Assembly (NCBI GenBank): GCA_001179505.1
Contig: CDMY01000620.1
Coordinates: 1 to 64,000 of the forward strand
Length of the DNA stretch: 64,000 nucleotides
Direction: 5' to 3'
Origin: Vitrella brassicaformis CCMP3155
Lineage: Eukaryota; Protista; Chromerida
Shown here: in pieces, positions 24,945-36,802 of the stretch
Layout: each line of letters starts with the position of its first letter
Position numbering within the stretch: position 1 is the stretch's first letter
Program-made: the position numbers and the translations under genes
The notes under the pieces: generated by a model
Databases searched by the model: none
Told to the model about the DNA's origin: nothing
What the model saw: the letters and a program-made list of their open reading frames with translations, nothing else

Positions 24945-25678
24945 GTGGCCAGGAGGGGCTTCCAAACCGGTCTCGCGGACTCGACAGTGAAAGAATACAG
25001 TCGAATTGCAGCGGAAGTGTTCAACAAGTGCCCTCAACTCTTCCCACTTGACTCACCCGAGAAGATCATTTACGCCCTCGCCACAGTGGTGCCAGGCCAC
25101 GCACACAAGCTGCCCAAAGTCCGCGCAGCCCTTCGCCTCTGGCACACCATGAAGGGCTACCCCGAGCCGCCCTTCCAGAGCGACCAAGTGCAGCGTTTTC
25201 TGCGAGGCCTGACGGCCCATAGCAACGACATGTGCTGGAACGACTACGACCCCACAGTCCCGCTGCCAGCCGCGTATCTCCCACCACTGGTATGGCATTG
25301 GTGGCGCGCCACACCAACCGTCGCCACGCACGCCAACGTCCGCAATGCAGCCATCCCCCTCCTCCAGTTCTTCGGTGTGCGAAGGGCGGGTGAGTGCGAG
25401 TGGGAGACGTCGAGGCGACCGAGGACAAGGTCACCATCTTCGTGCGCAAACAGAAGAACGACCGCACGGGGCAAGGGCTGCGCCTGCAGCTGCCAGGCAA
25501 GCCCTCCCGGTTCCCGCACTTCAAAGAGCAGGGCACACCCCTCATCCGTCCCAAAGCGGGCGAACGCGCCAACACAAACGAACCAACCCAGCCGGTCGTC
25601 CTGGAACAGGGCCCTCAGGCGGGCGGCGCAAGAAGTGGGCATGCAGACGCGGGTATCGTCACACTCCCTCCGGAGGCC
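24945..25678 (+). pseudogene. Tyrosine recombinase of the YR retrotransposon (other copies ~23640-23801 and ~26480-27205)
   Basis: STVKEYSR..., LLQFFGVRRAGE (catalytic R), FVRKQKNDRTGQG (K) and SSHSLRR (HxxR). There is a frameshift after RRAGE, and the C-terminal H/W...Y segment is missing in the copy that is not truncated by a gap. Confidence 0.85.
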
Positions 25679-28600
25679 NNNNNNNNNNNNNNNNNNNNNN
25701 NNNNNNNNNNNNNNNNNNNNNNNNNNNNNNNNNNNNNNNNNNNNNNNNNNNNNNNNNNNNNNNNNNNNNNNNNNNNNNNNNNNNNNNNNNNNNNNNNNNN
25801 NNNNNNNNNNNNNNNNNNNNNNNNNNNNNNNNNNNNNNNNNNNNNNNNNNNNNNNNNNNNNNNNNNNNNNNNNNNNNNNNNNNNNNNNNNNNNNNNNNNN
25901 NNNNNNNNNNNNNNNNNNNNNNNNNNNNNNNNNNNNNNNNNNNNNNNNNNNNNNNNNNNNNNNNNNNNNNNNNNNNNNCTTAGCTCAGTCCTACACAGAC
26001 ACAAAGCACAGCGTCGTCCCACCACGAGCGTTGAGCACGGCGTGCTTGCTCCAAGAGGGCGTGGTGACGAAGAAGGTGCAGGAGTGGCAAGAGGGCAAGA
26101 GAGTGATGGACGCCTTCAGACAGGAGGCAGAAAAAGCAGAAACAGAACAGGGAAGTAAGGGCCCGTGTGCTTTAACGTACGTGTGTAAGTAAGGGCATGG
26201 GGAGGACAATCATAGGAGCGGGACCAGGGCGATCGCATGAGCAAGCCAAATCTATAAGCGAGACCAATAAATCGTGCGCCTGAGTGAGTAACATGTGCAG
26301 AGGGACACACACACATCGACAGAAATGGCGATACATCGAGGTCGCCCGCCGCGGATCAGGCGATGTAGTCGTTGACGTTGGCACCGCCAGGTCGCCCGAT
26401 ACGTTTGCAGCGGCCCTGCAATGCCCATGCAGCCTCGGATTCGACCCCGCAGACGGGGAGCAAGTCACCCTCGTGGCCAGGAGGGGCTTCCAAACCGGTC
26501 TCGCGGACTCTACAGTGAAAGAATACGGTCGAATTGCAGCGGAAGTGTTCAACAAGTGCCCTCAATCTCTTCCCACTTGACTCACCCGAGAAGATCATTT
26601 ATGCCCTCTCCACAGTGGTGCCAGGCCACGCATACAAGCTGCCCAAAGTCCGCGCAGCCCTTCGCCTCTGGCACACCATGAAGGGCTACCCCAAGCCGCC
26701 CTTCCAGAGCGACCAGTGCAGCGTTTTTCTGCGAGGCCTGACGGCCCAAAGCCGACATGTGCTGGAACGACTACGACCCCACAGTCCCGCTGCCAGCCGC
26801 GTATCTCCCACCACTGGTATGGCATTGGTGGCGCGCCACACCAACCGTCGCCACGCACGCCAACGTCCGCAATGCAGCCATCCCCCTCCTCCAGTTCTTC
26901 GGTGTGCGAAGGGCGGGTGAGTGCGAGTGGGAGACGTCGAGGCGACCGAGGACAAGGTCACCATCTTCGTGCGCAAACAGAAGAACGACCGCACGGGGCA
27001 AGGGCTGCGCCTGCAGCTGCCAGGCAAGCCCTCCCGGTTCCCGCACTTCAAAGAGCAGGGCACACCCCTCATCCGTCCCAAAGCGGGCGAACGCGCCAAC
27101 ACAAACGAACCAACCCAGCCGGTCGTCCTGGAACAGGGCCCTCAGGCGGGCGGCGCAAGAAGTGGGCATGCAGACGCGGGTATCGTCACACTCCCTCCGG
27201 AGGCCTGTGAAGAAGAACACACAGACACCGTAGGCATGTCAGCGAGAGCGTAGTAGAGCGTACCAGTGTACAATAGCAGAGAGAAACGCCGTGGAGAAAG
27301 CTGTGACGAAACAGGACAACAACGCATAGCACTGGGCGTAAGGTGAGGGGCGAACGAGTGACTCACCCAGTGCAGCGAGTGAAGCGCATCAAAGACAGAC
27401 ATCACCTGCGTCGAAACACACACATACAGGAGGGTCGTCTGCGTCGATCTGCGCCAGATCTGGCCTCCTATCTTCACCGCTCAACGTGGTCGTTGGGAGC
27501 ACGCGCGCGCGTGTCGGGCTCGAGGCCGGTTGGGCCTGGGCCATTGATTGCGGTGAAGATAGGACAGATCAGGCAGGCNNNNNNNNNNNNNNACAGGCAC
27601 GCTCGCAGTGCGAGCACACATCGGTGCGGAGGCGAACGTATGGGAGCGTAAGGATGGTACGTCCGGTCGCGGACGTACGTGCAGCGGAGCACACACATCA
27701 GGCAGAGGCGCAGTAGCGACTCTGCCTCCAGCGAGCTCACTAGCTCGCCTGCTCGCCTTCTTCCGTGTAACGATCTCGTCGGGCTCGCGATTTTTGGAGC
27801 TCGTGCCTCGTATTCGCAAACGACCCACCCACCCGAACACATTCATGTTCTCCCGCCGGTCTCCCCCGCACGCGCGCGCGTGTCGGGCTCGAGGCCGGTT
27901 GGGCCTGGGCCATTGATTGCGGTGAAGATAGGACAGATCAGGCAGGCAGATCAGCAGACAGGCACGCTCGCAGTGCGAGCACACATCGGTGCGGAGGCGA
28001 ACGTAACTGTTACGCCATCAGCCCAAAATGAAACGTAGTGCGAGCTTAGCGAACAGACCTGCGCAGCCAGCCAGCTAGTGAGGCAGGACGGACCAGTGAA
28101 CAGTGAGGCAGGCTGGCGCGGGCCGTCTTGCCCAGCTGGATCAGACTCTTACATCGTCTCGGTTACTTAACCATCCTTCGGCTCTTGCAGTGCTGCACTT
28201 GTGCGATATCTCTGTGTTCCCCGGCTATACAGCTTCTCTGACAGGTTATTTTGCCCACTTAGCCTTTTGTAGCTCTGCTTCCTTCCTCCCCCGGCCATCT
28301 CTCTCTCTCCTGCTGAAGTAGCTGTGCCCCTCTCACCGCTATATAGCGGATCTTCAAGAGCACGTCGACCAGAACATGGCGCATCAAGAGCACGACAACG
28401 TGGACCATGACCACAACAACGTCGACGAGCATGAGCATGACGGCGCAATGGAGGATGACGTCGATGCACACGGCGGTGGCCAGGATCAGCACGAGCACGA
28501 GATGGAGGTCGACGCGTGTGATCAAGACCAAGAGATGGCTGAGGGTGAGAATCCCAGGCCAGGTGCGAGGGAGGGTGAGGTTCCTCCTGCACCGAACACA

Positions 28601-28954
28601 CACGGTGGTGTCTCGCCTGATGGTGTTGCCTGTGGCTGCTGTGCCTGTGGCTGCTGTGCCTGTGGGTGGTGTGCGTGTAGCTATGCCTCATGACGTCCCT
28701 CGCACGTCCCGTGACGGCAAGGATGTCAACCCACATGGGCACGACGGCGCCAGTCTACAGAGACACCCAGTTCGCAGACAGGCGCGTCATGACGTGTGAT
28801 GTGTGCCAACGTTTGTGCATATCTGTGTGGGACTGGTCGATTGTGATGGTCTCAATCGATTGGATTGAGTCATTGCATTCAGTGTCTCAAGCACGGCACA
28901 ATCAGGTGTCTGCTGTCTCCTCGCTCTCAAGTCTCCCGTCAAGCACACAACAAC

Positions 28955-30283
28955 ATCACCAAGGCATCCGCAGGCCAATGCGCTGATCGAACGCTTTAAC
29001 CGTACCTTGTGAAGGATTGGATACGTCCGTATCTCAGCAAGGAGCAAACGAACTGGGACAGAGTGATTCCCTTGGCCTTGTACGCGTATCGTACGACGGA
29101 GCATGAGTCCACAGGATTCACGCCATTCAAGATGCTGTACGGCCGAGAAGCGGTGCATCCGAGCAGCACGGCAAGGCTTGTCGCGATGAATGCAGAGCCA
29201 ATCGACGTCGAGGAAGCCGTCGAGCTGATAAAAGAGGGTCTTCAAGCGGTCCACAAGAAAGCTCGTGAGACGATGAGCAAGAAGAAGCAGCAGGCTACTG
29301 AGCGCGAGAAGCATTTGCCTGCACCAAGGCAATTCCAGGAAGGAGACAGAGTGCGCATATACAATGACCAAGTGCATAAGTGTCTCAGCAAGAAGCTGGC
29401 CTCACCTTGGCGGACAGTCGGCATCGTTCAGGAGAAGAAAGGACCAGTTACCTACAAGGTCCGTGTGTGTGGCGATCAAAAGGCGAGGAGCATCAATGTC
29501 GATCGGCTGAAGAGAGCACCACCACCAGAAGACGAGGAAGCGCCACCACCAGAAGACGAGATCGAAGTGACGGAAGGCGACCTGAAGAGGGACAAAAGGC
29601 AGACAGTCTTCAATCAGCACGCATTCTTGTCGCCTGAGCAAGAGCATACCTTGAAGGATTTTTCCCTCGAGGAAGACCACGTGCCGACAGCCCGAACGCA
29701 GAGAGCATCAGAGGCCACATTTGACCCGATGGCACATGACCCGAGCCTCAGAGACGTCCAACCAGACCAGCGATTTGGGCGTGGCGAGCGGCACGAAGTC
29801 GAACAGGTCATCGGCAAGAGGACGCACCACGGCAAGGTGCAGTACAAACTCAAATGGCGCTGGTATCCGCTCTCGCACGCAACCTGGGAAGACGAAGAGA
29901 TTCTCACTTGCACAGAACTCGTACAGGAATACGAAAACAGTGACAACGTGCCTGACCTGGACGAGCATGCTTCGCTCTTTCCCGCGTTGTACAGTGTGGT
30001 GAGAGTCCGCCATGTAAAGGAGCTCAATCGCGAGCACACCGTCAAGGTGACGGGGTTGGACAAGGAAGGCATACAGATACAATACCTGAAGGAATCGACG
30101 CGCACAAAGAGACTAAAGAAGAAGAGTCTCGTAGGACGGAAGCGGACCATTCCTTTGGCTAGCTTCCTTCGGAATTACCAATGGGAGAGAGAGTGTGACG
30201 ATCCAGCTGTGCCTGCTCCATTTGGCGGCACAGCATGGCAACCGATCAGAGTGCATGGACTGACGAGTTCCCAGCGCTCTTGA
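28955..30283 (+). mobile_element. Chromoviral Ty3/Gypsy pol remnant: integrase C-half, GPY/F region, chromodomain and C-terminal extension
   Basis: TSPRHPQANALIERFNRTL (frameshift) KDWIRPYL...WDRVIPLALYAYRTTEHESTGFTPFKMLYGR. Chromodomain EVEQVIGKRTHHGKVQYKLKWRWYPLSHATWEDEEIL. Confidence 0.9.
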
Positions 30284-31427
30284 AACGCTACCTGAGGGAT
30301 GACAACAGCAGCAGCCACAGCATCCTTCTCTCTATGTGCATGAATGTGTGGGGGGGGTGTGTTACGTGTGTGTGCGTGTGTGTGTGTGTACCTGTGTTGC
30401 TGCTGAGGGTGCGTGACTACATGACTGCATGATTACATGATTGCATGAGCCTGGCTGCGTTTCCTTGAAGGTGTAACTTTAGACACGTCATCGTCACGCA
30501 GCCAGAGATAGAAAGGGAAAAAGGGAGAGAGAGAATTCGAAGCAAGAGGCGCATGGGTCCAGGGGATCGGCTATCGGCTGTGCCGCGCCCCGGATCCTGC
30601 ATGCACCTCTGCGGGGAAAGCGATACGTGTTCATGTATGTGTTCATGTCCGTGTACGTGTTCGTGTACGTGTTTGTGCATGTCCGTGTATGTGCTTACGT
30701 GTCATGTGGGTGAGCACGCTCAGGAGATGACAGTGGCAGCCAAATCAAGCCACACGTGCGGTCGGATAGAGGCAGTCCGACTGTGGCCACGAGAGAGATT
30801 CGGTGTGCCAACCATGTCAGTCAGCATAATGGGAGAAGGGAAGAGAAGAAGAGCGGCACTCCTTTGGGGTCGTCGGTGATCTGACGCGCGATTTCAGACC
30901 ACTTCGTCTCGGTGCTGGATCCGCGTCTGCTGCTGGGATGCTACTTCGCCTCGGTAGCATGAAGCTCGCCCAGGCATCCCTTTGATCACCTCCCCTTGGT
31001 GCTGCATCGCTTGGACGCTCTGTCCTTGATGCCATTGCGTTGGACAGGCTTGTAGGCACTCGAATAACAAGACGAATGTGAATCCCAGCTCCGAAGAGCC
31101 CTGAAACGACAGACAGACAGACAGAGGGCGACTTGAGCGCACAGATCTCCTGACAATGTGACTGGTGGTGCTCACCTTATGTGTTGTTGTTGAGATGGCG
31201 ATGCGATGATGCTAGAAGGTGCAGGCAGAGAAGACTGTGTGTTTGTTCTCGTCGCCTCGCTGAACAGCAGAGTCGCCGTCGTGTTTTTGCATGATGAGGG
31301 GTAGTGAGTCACCACAATGGGTTTCTGTGAGGCTACGTACCCGAGAGGTAGCTGAGGGATATCATCAGAAGGCGAATTGGTTTTGGTTGGTTATTGGGTT
31401 TAACGAGACTCGTGAAGCCGTCCGGTA

Positions 31428-31482
31428 TGGCCCACCCCAATGTCGGTTTGACAGCCTGTCAAGCCGACATTGGGGTGGGCCA
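31428..31482. repeat. 27-bp-arm hairpin with a 1-nt loop
   Basis: tggcccaccccaatgtcggtttgacag c ctgtcaagccgacattggggtgggcca (one mismatch). Confidence 0.85.
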
Positions 31483-31749
31483 CCCGTTGCCTCACTCAAA
31501 GGTCGGCTGGATGGACCATACATAGGGTAATGACCCACCACCCACCCTCATCTCGTGGCCAGCCTGGCCAGGATCACGGCCGTCTCTCGAGGGAAGCAAC
31601 AGGTTGTCTGCATGCAGTGATGCAGTGATTCACCAGTGAATGAATTGATTCACAATGATCCATCATTGATTGACTCATTGCTTGATCACATGAATTCCCA
31701 TCATCATTCTCATCGCAAAACGGACTTTTGCCTTAGGGTATAAACGGAA

Positions 31750-32601
31750 AATGCATTCACGCAAGGAACATGCATGCGAAGAGTCTTCCATGCACACCAC
31801 ATGGAAATGAGTCAGTCAGAGAATCCATCCCTCTCATCGTCCACATCATCGTGACCAGAACTTCGCCCAGCACTGGGTCACAGAGACCCTCGTCGGCTGG
31901 AGGGGCGAGAACTTCAAGCATGACGTCACCCATCTCGCGATTGCTGATGGCGCACATCGTGTCGTCGCGTTGCTGGTGATTTTGTACCGCTACATCATCT
32001 ACGAGATCCCTCTCCCCGCCCCGGTCAAGACCTTCTACAAGCAGGGCCTCCTCATCGAGATCCGACCATTCCAGAGCAAGGACGAGGCAGAGCTCTTCAA
32101 CGAAGGTCAGAGGGGGGGCCACCTTGACCGCAGAGTGGGCCGGCGGTCAGACGAAACATACCTTCCCTGGTTTGCCGCTGGGACATCTGTATGAGTTGGT
32201 TAATGAGTGGACAAATGAACCGGGAGCACTCTGCGGCATCAGAGAGGCGAGCACCACCCCACCTCAGGCCATCTGTCCATTGCATGGTCGTTGCTTGTTG
32301 TGTCCGCCGTTCAGGTCGGTTGTACGCAGCCGAGAAGAAGATGCACAGGACCGCCCTGCAGCAGAAGTCTCTGTGGAAGAAGCAGCTCAGCCGCTTTCTG
32401 ACAGTGGGCGGTCAGGAGGGGTGGACAACGACACACACCAGCGGCAAGTACGCCGGCCAGCCGCACAGACAACGGAGGCCGACGAGGGCCTCTGGTCACG
32501 ATGATGTGGACGATGAGAGGGATGGATTCTCTGACCGACTCATTTCCATGTGCATGTGCATGGAAGACTCTTCGCATGCATGTTCCTTGCGTGAATGCAT
32601 T
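31750..32601. mobile_element. ~110-bp inverted repeats enclosing spliced gene fragments (Pack-TIR-like candidate)
   Basis: 31750-31860 is the reverse complement of ~32491-32601. The interior reads LVILYRYIIYEIPLPAPVKTFYKQGLLIEIRPFQ... and RLYAAEKKMHRTALQQKSLWKKQL... No TSD found. Confidence 0.5.
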
Positions 32602-33397
32602 GTGCATACGTTCAGTCATCGAGGAGAAACGCATGGGGTTTCTCATCCTTTTGAGGTGTTTTTCACACAGGTAGCTTCTGTTTGTCTCAATCTTCCCCCT
32701 CCCCCCCATCATTTATCGAAAGGTGAGAGGTCTGCAAAAAAGACTGCCACTTGGGACGTGCGCGACACCAAAATAAACAAAGGCAGGCACAGGGCGTGGC
32801 AGGTAGGAAAAGGCGATTCGAAGGGAGGCGTGAAGAGAAGCATGAAGGGAGACAGACTGAGATAGAGGGAGGGACGGCCAGGAAACAATATGAATGCTAC
32901 ACCACCGACCGGTATCCCACCGCCACTGGTGCGACACAAGCAAGGGCGGGGAGCGGCGGACCGGCTCCAACAGACCTTTAGCAGTAGTCAGACATCTCTT
33001 GCACTTCTATCCTTCTGACCCATATTTAGCTGACCCGCTCAACATGCCCTGTACGCTGTATAGACACTCACTGCATTCCCATCAGTCGACATATCAATTG
33101 ACAATAAAACACGCAAGGACACACACAAGCATGGGCACGACAAGAGCTTTGTGCTCACATGCTATGGATGCACGGATCAATGGCGCACACACATGAATGC
33201 GGGAAGACCCGCATACCGGAGCACAAATGTGGGAGCATATGTGTGTAAGCTGAAATACTGCGTCGCGGCCATCAGCACGGTGAGAGAAGGCGGCAATGCG
33301 GTCAAAGAAACACCAACACGCCTGCCAGACATACACAGGAGCGCTCAGACGAGTAGATCTGTGTGCCGGAATCCTGCGTGACGGTCGACGCGCTCTC

Positions 33398-34261
33398 CAC
33401 GACAAGGCAAGGTCTGGGCGAAAAGCTGCATGGCGAGCTAAAAAGCTGGCGATCTGCCCGAGAAGATAGCTTCCGCTGCAAAAAGCCATCTGCCGCTGCA
33501 GAAAGACATCTCGCCACTCAAAAAGACAGCTTTCCATTGCAGAAAGCCAGATGGTCCATCAAAAAGACAGCTTTCCGTACAGAAAAACAGCTTTTTGCCA
33601 CAGAAAGACAGCTTTCTGCCACAGAAGGACAGCTTTCTCGGGCTCCAGACAGCTCGCTGAGCCAGACAGCTCGCTGAGAATTACCTCTTGAGCAAAGGGT
33701 GTCTGAGTGAGTGACTGTCTGAGTGATTGTCTGAGTGTGTGTGTGAATGAGTGCGTGGTGTGCATGTGTGTGTCGGTTGGCCATGGATGGATCATGTGAA
33801 TGGACGGCTTGCAGAGACCCTCCATGGCCAGTTGACGCTTCAATGCGTGCATGTGTGCGTGTGAGTGTGGTGCATTGTAGCAGCTGGTGCCTCGAGAGGC
33901 AGGCAGCCGTCAGACTGATCAGCGTGCTGTAACGCCCGCCGGAAAGCTGTCACGCCCATCGGAGAGATGTCACGCCCGCCGGAAAGCTGTCTTTCTGCCT
34001 CAGCGAGCTGTCTGGAGCCCGAGAAAGCTGTCTTTCTGTGCAGAAAGCTGTCTTTCTGTGGCAGAAAGCTGTCTTTCTGTACGGAAAGCTGTCTTTTTGA
34101 TGGACCATCTGACTTTCTGCAATGGAAAGCTGTCTTTTTGAGTGGCGAGATGTCTTTCTGCAGCGGCAGATGGCTTTTTGCAGCGGAAGCCATCTTCTCG
34201 GGCAGATCGCCAGCTTTTTAGCTCGCCATGCAGCTTTTCGCCCAGACCTTGCCTTGTCGTG
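33398..34261. mobile_element. Non-autonomous CAC-ended TIR element (CMC/CACTA-like) with ~260-bp TIRs, subterminal repeats and a possible 2-bp TSD (TC)
   Basis: CACGACAAGG... at 33398 and ...CCTTGTCGTG at 34261. (C)AGAAAGACAGCTTTC units are repeated in mirror orientation. tc flanks both sides. Confidence 0.75.
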
Positions 34262-34841
34262 TCCCTTTGGTTCATGTGAAAGGCGATGAGTCAAAAGATT
34301 TCTGCGCCTCCCCATGAGTGCGTCCACCCCTTGGAGGCTCCCAGTTACTCACCTGACTACACAGAGATATTGCCGAGAGAGGCAGTCAGCGATAAATGTG
34401 GCGCCGTCGATATATGTGTTCAGTTGCCGAGTGGCGAGCTCTGCACAGTGACCCTTGGCAGCAAAGTTTCTAGTTGCTCTTGCGTGGTGGTTTTGGACCA
34501 CGCAATGCCACTTGCCACCGGGGTCGTCTGAACGCCGCCACATCGTCGAACCAAGACGTCTCACCACCGAAAGCAAACTCCAGAGAGCGTGTATCCCACT
34601 CTTCCACAACCACGCAGGTGCCACGTCTGTGTACCACGCAGTGCAATGCAGCTCAAAATTGTAGATGTGCATGATAGCCCTCATTAACTGATTCACGCAC
34701 GTGTGCTAGAATGAGGAAGAAAGGGACGAGGGCTGTCGTGTGCATCCCCCGGCCTAACTGCCGCCGGGGTTTCGAATTCTATGGGCTAAGGGCCGGTAAG
34801 CCCGTTCCGTCCGCGTGTATATGTGGAGGTGTGGATTTGAT

Positions 34842-36400
34842 ATGAAGGCGCTGATAGTGCTGCTCGTCGCCTTGCCCCTCATCTCAGGACAGGTCTGCCG
34901 TACCCTTCGTCGGGTGGTCGATATTGCTGGTTTTCTTATCTTCAGACAATTTCGACAGACAACGTGACGACTTCCGACAATTTCAGCACTGTGACGACAT
35001 TTGACGACATTCACACGACAGATGAGGGGTACTATATGAATGGGGACAAGTGCTTTTGTCCGGGCCTCGGAGGCTCTTGTTATGGCGAGTGTGGGCGCAA
35101 ATATGACGCTGCAGAAGTGGCCAGTGTTGAGGCCTTCAAATATGGACGCTTTGAAACGCGCCTGTTCCCGAGTATAGAGGTTGACGGCACTGTGGCCACG
35201 TTCTTCCTCTTCAAGAACGACACGACAAGGTGGAGGGGGCGTCCTGGCAAGAGATGGATTTCGAGGTCCACGGTATGGGGGCGCACAAAGATGAGCCCAT
35301 CCAGACTAACGTGATAACGGGCACCATGGAGGAGCGCAGTATGTCTCAGAAGTTTTTCGCCGCACCCGGTAGGCCAGGACGGAAAGCGGCACAAACGAAA
35401 GCTATCAAAAGAGGATTCCACCACTTTGCTGTCGAGTGGACGCCCGATCATGTCTCATGGTATTTTGATGAGCGACGCATGCGTCGTGTCGTCTCTTGCG
35501 ATGCTCCCGGAGCAGACGCGGAAGAGTGCAGCCCTGAAGTGTCACAGCTCAACGGGGCAGCTAATCTTAGGATGTCCTTGTGGCCAGTTGATCCGTCGCT
35601 CAAGTGGGCCGGGCATTGGGCCGGAGTATTCGATGAGAAACATACTAAGCTTCCGCTCACCGTGTACTACGACTACGTGAAGGTGTATGACTATGATCTC
35701 ATTTCCAAGGGTCGGGAAGGAGGAAGGGAAAGAGAGAACATGGTGATCATTCGCTTCTGTCTGTCTGTATGATGGTAATCCCTCAGGGTTCCTTGAAGTG
35801 GGCTGATGACTTCACTTCGTTCAACAGCTCTCGGTGGGAGGCAGGCAGACACACATTTAGCAACAACTACGCCCATTTCCGTCCCGACAAAGCCATCATT
35901 GTCAAGGGAGATGATGTGAATGCGTCATACCTTGCCCTCTCTCTTACACCAGCCAATGCCAGCATCGTGGTCCCGGTTCCTCGGGACACCAAGCGCAACC
36001 GCTACGAACTCAACAATGCCTGCGAAGCTGGCACGACCGTCGTGTGGCAAAAAGGGCTGCGCTATGAAGGCGGCATTCTCTCATTCGCAATGCACGTTCC
36101 GGCCGATGATGGCCTAGTCCAGTGTGCTGTCGCCTGCGCGAAGACAGTAGGGTGTCGCGTATTTTCTGTGTACGAAAGAGGCTATTGCAGTGGCTTCATG
36201 TCTCCCGATCAACAAGTCCAGGACGAGAGAGCCGATGCAGGATTCATCTGCATGGACGGTGAGCCAGCGGACGATCGTGTTTTCCGTCACCTTCGGGATA
36301 CCCATCATGGGGCACACTCAGCAGAAGAAGCCCTTGCGAGGAATGGGACAGGGGACACACAACATGATGACGTCTCCGACGCCGACATGATCTGCGATGT
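34842..36400 (+). CDS. Secreted GH16 beta-1,3(-1,4)-glucanase, circularly permuted (Fibrobacter-type), with a C-terminal PAN/Apple-like module; frameshifted in this assembly
   Basis: Signal MKALIVLLVALPLISGQ, intron 34893-34945. Motifs KYGRFETRL, GTVATFFLF, WQEMDFE (ExDxE), FHHFAVEWTPDHVSWYFD, LRMSLW, WAGVFDEK..KLP, then WADDFTSFNSSRWE..HTF after the core. C-terminal QCAVACAKTVGCRVFSVYERGYC. Frameshift at ~35222. The second intron donor and the stop codon are uncertain. Confidence 0.85.
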
Positions 36401-36802
36401 GCTTTTTGTACACACGTTGATCACTCACAGAATCACGCCTAGGGTTTGGTTCTTTCTCTTTTTCTTTTCTGTTTTTCTCGGACCGTCTTTCTTCTCCTTT
36501 TTTGGCCGTCTTTGTTTTTCTTCTGGACTGTCTGAGTTGCCGAATGAATTCATTATCGCGTGAAACGGACTTTTTCTCATGATAAAACAGACTTCTTGCC
36601 AGCGTCGGGCAAGCCTTGAGAGGCCTTACGGCCCTCTTGATCGAATGCGACACATTTGCAGTGAAGTGCTTGTGCGAAAAAAAAAGACGCGAGCACAAAA
36701 CACTTCGCCATTCCGCAGGGCGTCAGTCGAGTCACATAAATGTGTGCTTGCATGTCAGTCAAGCAATGAATTGATTCCATTCATTCATTCATCCAGTGAA
36801 TC

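Larger units (their letters stand above)
19516..28005 (+). mobile_element. Ngaro/PAT-type tyrosine-recombinase (DIRS order) retrotransposon with split direct repeats A1-...-B1-A2-B2; defective
   Basis: A1 19516-19692 matches A2 27641-27824, and B1 27499-27640 matches B2 27868-28005. Internal gag-like, RT-like and YR coding segments are present. No TSD, as expected for YR integration. Confidence 0.88.

Noticed and set aside
28376-28693. Asp/Glu/His-rich ORF as a metal-binding protein
   Set aside because: It is short, low-complexity and runs into simple repeats, with no gene structure support.
30300-31300. 3' LTR of the Gypsy remnant
   Set aside because: There is a purine-rich tract near 30505, but no TG...CA-bounded repeat with a matching second copy could be identified.
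33480-34200. CRISPR-like array (also 49900-50170 and 55529-55650)
   Set aside because: The units are contiguous or degenerate without unique spacers, the context is eukaryotic, and no cas genes are present.
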